A DNA stretch of 56,877 nt, filler included, from Dugesia japonica (Eukaryota): assembly GCA_001938525.1 (NCBI GenBank). It is 5 parts of 5 records of this genome, joined end to end, with 100 filler letters (N's around TTAATTAATTAA, not from the genome) between each part and the next. Parts side by side here need not be neighbours in the genome. Positions count along the whole stretch, not along the records: positions 38,367 to 56,877 come from MQRL01630809.1; 4 more parts are not named here. The stretch is one strand, 5' to 3'. The notes under the pieces are model-generated. The model did not search any database, was not told the DNA's origin, and was given only the letters and a program-made list of their open reading frames with translations. Positions 48,407 through 56,877 of the stretch are shown here, one piece after another. How positions within the stretch are numbered: the first letter of the stretch is position 1; each line of letters begins with the position of its first letter. The position numbers and the translations under genes were made by a program.

Positions 48407-50222
48407 GATAACTTGATACTAACAATGAAAAATAAAATGTTCAAATAAATCTAAAAATTCTTACTTATTAATAATTCCACTGGTTAAATTCCACTATAAT
48501 TACTTAAGCACTGTAAAATTCAAATATATAGATCCCATTTATTTATTCACTTAAAGAAATCGATAAACAGTTTGTATGTTAAGGTTTAAGGAAGAGAAAT
48601 ATTTCATACTAAAAAAACTCTGAAAATGAAGTAGAAATTATGTATCTGACTGTCTCTTGATATGAACGGTGTATGTGTGTGTTTATGTCTGTTAATATTT
48701 TATTTAACACATTTTCTTCATTAACTGTGTAGTCGAAATCAATAGCATTAACAATAAATATAAAATGCTCTTGTTTCTAGGATATAGAACTTAAATTTGA
48801 AAATTCAATTAGTGTGTAAATATACAACGTAATTGTAATATTATTTTAGAAAAATTATGACTAATTGTTGTTGTAANNNNNNNNNNNNNNNNNNNNNNAA
48901 TATTATAAAATATAAAATGTATTTTTTAAAAATCAAATTATTTTAGGAATTAGTGAGAAAATACTTATAAAATTAAGAAGCAAATTTTTAACAATTGATA
49001 TACTTGCATTTGGTTGTCGTAACATTTCCGGTTTAATAATTTTCACTCAGATTTTGGTTTGAAAACTAATCTATATTCTTCAATGTAATTTATCTATAAA
49101 TGAGGTTCGAGAAATACATTTTATTACTAAATTTTATTACTATAGAGTTATAACTATGCTAAATTTATCGATTAACAATCAAATTTATCACCATAAATAA
49201 ATAATTATTAAATTAATTAAAAAGTTCAAGTAATTTTATAATTACAATTGGACAAATTATGACGCTTATATTTTAAAATCCATCATTTTTTGTGATTTTC
49301 TCATGGTATCTTTTTGCAAACTAAAGTTGTGTACATAATTAAAAGAAATCGCTGTGATTGAGTTATTAATCGATACTTTTTTTNNNNNNNNNNNNNNNNN
49401 NNNNNNNNNNNNNNNNNNNNNNNNNNNNNNNNNNNNNNNNNNNNNNNNNNNNNNNNNNNNNNNNNNNNNNNNNNNNNNNNNNNNNNNNNCACTCTCAATG
49501 CTTTTATTTAATATTGCTATAAATTCAGTGCTATGGGAAACTGATAAAATAGATATCAATAATAAACTCAACCAATTGGTATATGCTTAGTTCTTATAAG
49601 TTATGATAAGAATATATTAAGATATGAAGATAATAAGAAAAGGCGTCCAAGTTTTTTGTGATAATCAATTGTATCCGGACATTCAGATAACAGATTCATT
49701 TAAGAAGAAGTATATTGTCGCCTATGTAAAACGTTCATTCGATTCAAATTTAGGCTATGAGAGTACGGATACCAAGAATAAAGAAAAATATAACATGACT
49801 GTGAGAGAAACAGAAAAATCTCTAGGTTCAACATGGTAATTCTCTTTGCACACAACATTAGAAGCTCGATGTCTTAATATATGGAAAATAGGAAACTATT
49901 ACAATCAATAGGATTTAAGACTACCGAAGTAGATAAAATTCTATAAGATTGTGTGTTTTCAGCGATAAAAGAGGTCTCCAAAAAGATGGAAAAATTATAT
50001 AACTTATGCAAGATGAAAATTATTGGGAATACAAAAAATGGAGGAAAAAATAGAAAGAATTACGTTTGTGTCCTGTAGATTGCGTCTCAACCTGCAGACA
50101 ACAACTGTAGCCAATGAATTAATTTAAGGTCGTCTAGGAACTGAGTGTTATTTTGTTGTTTAATAAAACTTTGTATTATATTATTATATATGGTTATCAA
50201 ATAAATATATATAAATATCAAA

Positions 50223-50300
50223 TATAGTTAGAACCTGTTAAAACACGGTTCAATAACACACGAATTCGCTTAACACATGGTCGTAACATGTGGTCGCTCC
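50223..50300 (+). mobile_element. Possible pogo/Tigger-like TIR remnant
   Basis: TATAGTTAGAACCTGTTAAAACACGGTT..ACGAATTCGCTTAAC resembles TA-CAGT..AACC termini with an internal repeat. Confidence 0.3.
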
Positions 50301-53216
50301 CAATGTTACTAAGCAATAGTTAATTGTGACGTCACTTATCGATTGATAAATTCAACCGTTAATAGAAAAATAAACTTTTCTTAAAGTAAATATAGATAAA
50401 ATAATTTTCAATTACTATTTGTTATAAAACATGTTTCGTGTTGTTTATAATAAAATAAATTCTCTAAAGTTGATTTTTAAAAGATCGATAAACACATACT
50501 ACTAGTATCTTTTATTATGGACGAATTACACATATTCACCGTAATTCGAGGCTTACTTATCAAACTGTATATAAANNNNNNNNNNNNNNNNNNNNNNNNN
50601 NAAAAGTTTAAAGGCGGGTCATTTACAAGAAATCATTTTTTAATAAAAATGCTATGAACCAATATTTAACATAAATCACATTGATATCTTATACTGTTTT
50701 CTTTTTATTTCAAATTAAAATTATATAGGTGTTATTTGATAACCCTATATAATAAAAATGTATTACTATTTAAATAAAAAATATATTTTCAAAATAATTT
50801 ACTGAATTCATTAAAAATCACAATTAAAAAAAGTTAAAGTTATTTAAAGTTCATTACTTTACTATGAGATTAGTGTTAATTTTCATACATTTACTTAATA
50901 TCACAGAAAAATAGTTATCCTAATTCATTTCAACAAATCAATATAAAATTCTATTTATAATTTTAATATTAAAAATATTTGAAATAATTTTTAAGAAAAA
51001 TAATCACGCGACTTAATTAAAATTACAAGTGAAAACTTCGTAATCAATTAAATTGTGATCTATTTCAAAATTAATTTACAGTCACACTTCACCTACCTAC
51101 ATGTCTAAATTTAATGTAAATTACTAGCCTCGATCTGATTTGGCTTCCTTAATTGATATAAAAACTGAGTGAGAAGAATGACAGAGTCCAAACGTCATAA
51201 ATCATTTTAAATAAATAATTAAATTTGCTAATATTCACAAATTTCTTTTCGGTGACTGTGTAAATTTATTTAACAAAAAAGGTCTAATATCGGTTTTATA
51301 GTACACTACAATATTTAATTATATTCTAGAAAATCTTTAAACAGACACTGTTTGTGTTTATGCTTGTTTTCGATATCACTGAATACTAATTTTGTTGAAA
51401 GATTAATTACCACAATTTTAAATTCTTTGAACTACTCAAATTATAAAGCACTCAAATGTATAAGAAATGTTTTCAGTTGTTTCTGTATCTTCAATAATTA
51501 TTTCAAAACTTAAATGATATTCATATTAAAAAAGTTAGTACAAGTTCTATTAAGTCTGTAGAATTCAAGACTTATTTAAATTCATAAATTATTTGACAAA
51601 AATTTTTTTTATGCAAGTAATTAAACTATAGACATCTCAAGCACAGTTAAAAAATTTGGAAAATCAACTACAATTTCAAAAATAATTAATATAAGAAAAC
51701 CCGGTGGTGTATGTTTGGTTGTGCGTCATGCTCAATATTATTCAAAACATTTTAAAAATTGTGATTTTTTATTTTAGGTTTTAAAATTTCGATTAATATA
51801 TTAAAAACTCAGTGGTATATTTTGTTCCTTTGTATGTGGGTGATGATCAAAATTTCAAAAAGATATAATGGTGTGTTAATTTATATTTTGCAATTAATAA
51901 TTTTTTAAGAAAAGTTCGCACACAAATTAAGTGGAGATAACTTAAATAAACCTTTAAATCCCAAAAAATATAAAGAAACTAAAGGCATATTGTTTATTTT
52001 GGAAAATAATGTTAGAAATTTCGATAACGAAACATTTCAATACTTCTTTTCAAAAAAACTCAAACTCATTTAAATATCCCTATTTTTAAAAACATTCATT
52101 TATTAATGCAATATTTTATTTTTAATAGATACATAATAACATATTAAAGGCTCCAAATTGTATTTTTAAATTACAAATGGCATCAATGTATTATTTTATG
52201 ATTTATTAGATCCAGATAAAATTAATAATAGAAGTTAATGATATTCTTAAATTGATTTTAAGTCATATTTTATAAAAAAGAATAAATAAAATTCCAATAA
52301 TTTAATTTTAATAAAAAAAATAAAATCAGAAATATTACCATTTATTAAGTATAATTTACAAATTTAACAATTTTACAAAACAGATGAAATTTTACCTAAA
52401 TTGTAACAATAAATCCAAAAATGACAAAACAAATTATTGGAAAAATCTTCAAATTGAATATATCTGAATAATAACGTTAATAATGAGAAATTAGAATAAT
52501 TATTCAAGTTATTGTGAATATTTAATGAAGAATTAACGTAAATGACATCACCAAATGTTTAAACCAATTAAAAATGGATAACATGTGTATCGATTAATTA
52601 AAAAAAAATACGATGTGATAAATTTGAAAATGTTTTCGGTTTAATGCAATTAACCTGAAATATATTTTGAAATAAATATTGTATAAGACAAAAGTTTATT
52701 TAGAAAATTTTTTAAACAATTTAAATTTAAAATTTAAAACAAGAAAAAAAAGAAGATTAACTATAATTCACTTTTGTTAACCTACTCTATAGCTCGTGAC
52801 TTTGATTTTTGTAAATTTCGTAAGGTTTTATGGAAAAAATATCCACGTAACTCTTGTAGTACTAGTAAACAAACCACTAAAAACTGGGGAAATGGTTTAA
52901 TTTCAGTCATTAATTTTAGTTTGTAATTCATTCATATACTTTTGTTTTTTTAAAATCATTTGAGCTGAACTGTTGGAACTGAAATTTAATTGATTATTTG
53001 CATTGGCCATTAGAATATTTCTACTTGTGTTCTTCTACTTTTAATAGGTACGGAAGCAGAATATATTATATATTTTATGTATTAAAATGTAAATAATGTA
53101 AACACTCAAAATATAATAAAAGCGACAAGCTGATTTTTGGAACATGTACCAGTTTAAATCCCTCGACTTTGTTTAAATAATTTATATATGATAAACAACT
53201 TAAGATAAATTTTTTT

Positions 53217-54369
53217 GTTACTTACTTAATAACGCCACCGTAGCAGAAGTTGCGCTAATGCGCCAATAAAGAGCAGCCTTGTTCGCGCGCGCACGCAGTT
53301 ATCTGACTTTTTTGCTGATTTTTGACGCCATTTTTTAGTGCTACGAAAATGCGTATTCGGGATTTGCCAAAAACAGAACAAGATGCAATTTTATTTTGTC
53401 AGGAGCAAAATATTTTACCAAAAAAAACGAAAATGTAACAATTCCCATGACATGAAACTTTATTTTGGTAAACGTAAGTTTTGGAAATGTAATTTAAGAC
53501 ATTATGATCAGCAAGTGGGACTTAGAAAAGATAACTAGTTTGACGGAAGCAGAATTCCATTTTATTCAGCTTTGAGATTTATATACTGCTGGGGCCAGGA
53601 GTTGACGTCGATTAAATTTTGTGAAAAGCAACTTGATTTATCGGATAAAACTGTTATACATTGGAACAATTACATGTGTGAATTATGTGTTTTGGATATG
53701 GAGAATAAACCAAACAAGAAGGTAAGTGGACTAGATTACATTGTGGAAATTGATGAAAGTTTGTTTACTAAACGTAAAAATAATTGTGGTCAAGTATTAC
53801 CCGAACACTGGGTGTTTGGTGGTATATGTAGAGAAACAAAATATTCGTTTGTTGTCACTGTTCCTAATAGAACTGGCTCTACCCTTCTTGATAAAATTAT
53901 TGAAAACATTGCAGATGGTTGCACAATTTATTCTGACAGTTGGAAAGGTTACCAAACAAAAAGAATAGAAATAGAAGGATTCCTAGATGCTAAAGTTAAT
54001 CATAAATACAATTTTATTGATCCTGATACAGGAGTTCATACACAAACAGTTGAGAGAATGTGGAACATTGTTAAATGGAGAAACAAGAAACGTAGGGGGA
54101 CAGCAAGACATCATTTGGAATCTTATTTATCAGAGTTCATGTGGTGACAGCATCAGGTGAAAGAAAATAGAGACTGTTTTTAATCAATGTTAAACTCTAT
54201 ATAGGCCCATTTTCCACCGAAATTCGATTGACTACTTTGTTTTTAAATAAAGTGTTTTGATTTTAAATAAATGTTTTTATTTTATTTGTCGCAAAAATTT
54301 TAGGTGTAGATTGGCGGCACCTAAAAACCGCCAAATCTGTAGCTGCGGTGGCGTTAATACGTAAGTACT
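53217..54369 (+). mobile_element. Merlin (IS1016/ISXO2-like) DNA transposon, near full length, transposase pseudogene from ATG 53349
   Basis: VEIDES, WVFGGICR, IYSDSWKGY, VNH..FIDPDTGVHTQTVERMW and YLSEFMW. TIRs: TACTTACTTAATAACGCCACCGTAGC on the left and its reverse-complement match on the right. One frameshift and several stops. Confidence 0.92.
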
Positions 54370-54529
54370 CTTGTTTTATTTGTAAAATTTAAAAATAGTT
54401 TACAAAATAGTTTTATATAAAAATTAGGTACTATCATGTTAACGGTACACAAAATTATTATTATCTAAATTAATTATAGTCATTTACAGATTTATTATAA
54501 TTCTCAGCCAATAGAATAAATATAATTAT

Positions 54530-55370
54530 AAATGAAATGACGGAGGCCAGAAAAATTTTTATAGAATTCAAAATTAATTCGAATGCATCGTTATTTTCGA
54601 CAATGCTGTTTCCAAATGAATTCGGCCATGTATGATACCAAATGCTGACATGCTGTTTCATCGTGTCGTTGGTTTCTTAATTTAGCTGATCCCAAAAATC
54701 TCTCGAGAATTTTAGTGTGAACACCAGTGTATGAATCGACGAATATTATATTGATGATTCACTTCAGAATGTCGAAACCAAGCTTCTTCCTATGTCCCAG
54801 TCTTGTATGAACGCATACTATCAGAATATATAACCGAACCAGTTTCAATATTTTTCGAAATTATCGACATCAATATCTTAACACTCCAATCAGGTACTTT
54901 GACCCAAAAACTCTTGCGCGTCTCCTGAAATAGTTCATCGAAGATCCACGGTGAATAAATCACTCAACTGGTGTGATTTTTGAGCTAAGTGAATAAGCTT
55001 TAATCTATTTCTATAATCAAACCTTCGCCAATGATCTTCGGTTTTGGCATTTCAAAGTTTCGGCAAGAATTTCTTGATTGTAATTATTCCAATCGATGGC
55101 TGTGCTTTTGTTCATGCCAAATTCTTCGCTGCACAGTTTGCTCGACGAGAATTCGTTTAACCAAAAATAAAAGAAACGAATGGTTGTTACAAATTTTATG
55201 TGACTCCCGGTAAACTAATTTACAACGCGGATATTGACTTTTCTTCATGAGATAGACTTTCCAAAATTTAAGAAAATACACGACCCTTGGTAGAGTCACA
55301 TTTCGTGACGGTTTTGACAAACATCTTGTGAGGAAGGATGTCGCATTTTTGTAAAAAATTTTAACCACTG
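54530..55370 (-). mobile_element. Decayed Gypsy integrase fragment
   Basis: RESHKICNNH (zinc-finger-like), DLFTVDL and NSFGNSIVE (P.SNG.VER-like). Confidence 0.5.
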
Positions 55371-55689
55371 CTTCTACAGTACGATGTAAAAAAAATTAAT
55401 AAAACCAACAAAGTAATAATTAATTTAATAAAACAAATGAAACTTTAATAAAAATATAATAATAATTTTGCCTCACGTTAGCGGGATAGTACCAAAAATA
55501 AATAAACCATGAATAAATTGTAAGATATAAAATGCATTTTCATAAATAATACAATCATTTCTTGCATAGAACGAGAAAGATTTAAAAATTAATGAACAGT
55601 CTATGAAAATAAAAACAATTAATAATAAATTTTATTCATTTAAATTGTAAATTAATGAAATTTGTGTCAAAAAATAATACAAACTATCA

Positions 55690-56150
55690 TTTCTTGCAAA
55701 TTTTCTGCGCCAAACGAATTGATCCAAAAACTTATAAACATAGAACGAGAAGTACCAAGTTCTTCTTTATGCCTTCTTTTTAAATGCGTAGAAGTAACTT
55801 CGATTGTTTGGGTATGAGCACCTGAATAAGGATCAACAAAATTAATGGAATGATTAACAGCTAAATGAGTGTATATTCAAGTAACACGAAAATATTAAAA
55901 TGTTCTCCAAACATTGAAACTATAGTAGTATAAGAATTTAAGAATCTCTGTATAATTGGATAAATCAAGTTGCTTTTTACAAAATTTATGAATCGGATAA
56001 AAAAATTGGTAATAATGTAATTGTATTACGATTAACAACTGGAACGAGTAAACACTGACTTGCTCTTTTTTCCACACCATCAAAGGAATTATTGCTGAAA
56101 AAATCGAAAATAATCTGTACACACCACTCTATAAAATTTATTTCAAACAG
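55690..56150 (-). mobile_element. Second, internally deleted Merlin transposase relic
   Basis: FCKKQLDLS and NFVDPYSGAHTQTIE..FVWRRKF parallel the copy at 53217. Confidence 0.7.
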
Positions 56151-56877
56151 TAATTGTCGTTTTTGAAGTACTACTGTCATGATGTTGCTTATCAAACTTC
56201 ACATATTCTTGTGAATGAGTTGGCCTGAACCAAAAATAACTTAACTAGAATATTTCTTTCGTAGTTAAATGGATCTTCAAAAAAGTATTTATAAATGCAG
56301 TGGTTAAATGAAGATCCGAAAAATTGTAAAATGTAAAGAAGTGAAGATGTTCAAAAAAAATTGGATATTTAAAAGATACATGGATAAATTAACATAAATA
56401 CTAGCGTGATCGTTTTATTGCTAATTAGTTTTTATGGTTGTTCGGAAAGAAGAATAGGTCAACGATTTCTCAACTTAGTTTATCGTAATGTAAATACATT
56501 ATTACCAATTACCCATAGATACGTACATCTTTATACTACTATATTTTACGTTATCCTAATTACCCGATTTCTATACTCATTTAACAGTTAATCATTCCAT
56601 TAAACTTGTTGATTTTTATTTATGTGCTCATAGTCACACAATTGAAGGTACCTGGATGCTTACTTTGAGGCATGAAGAACCTGATAATTTTCGTTATATG
56701 TTTATTATTTATGGAAGCATATTTAAATGAATAAAATTTAAATGAAAATTTATTATTCATTTTTTTATTTTCATAAACTATATATTAATTTTTACATCTT
56801 TCTCATTATTTATTCTCATTAGAATTTATTCATCATTTATTAATTTTTTTTAAAAACAATTTTATAAACTATTAATA

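Noticed and set aside
54750-54782. TGATGA..GTCGAAAC hammerhead-like string
   Set aside because: It lacks the core C and has no convincing stems; it lies antisense within an integrase relic.

Overview
Very AT-rich eukaryotic (animal) DNA, not prokaryotic. Introns of about 42-70 bp, Maverick, Penelope, Merlin, hAT and Gypsy elements suggest an invertebrate such as a planarian; that assignment is inference. Four 100-bp artificial linkers (N44-TTAATTAATTAA-N44) join at least five contigs, so adjacency across them is not evidence. Most of the window is decayed mobile DNA: Tc1/mariner, three hAT transposases, several Gypsy gag/pol relics, two Merlin (ISXO2-like) copies, Maverick/Polinton pieces (protein-primed PolB; ATPase, integrase-chromo and minor capsid; a terminus) and a Penelope GIY-YIG endonuclease. 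The highlights are four. (1) An intact, intronless ~886-aa gene fuses a dynamin-like GTPase to an apparent pseudokinase (DSTYK-like architecture). (2) Four phase-compatible small exons splice in frame onto the reading frame that leads into the Polinton-type PolB. (3) Two identical minimal hammerhead ribozymes lie back to back next to the Penelope relic. (4) A micro-exon host gene starts MGNACSC, a dual-acylation signal. All assignments come from reading motifs by eye; no searches were run.
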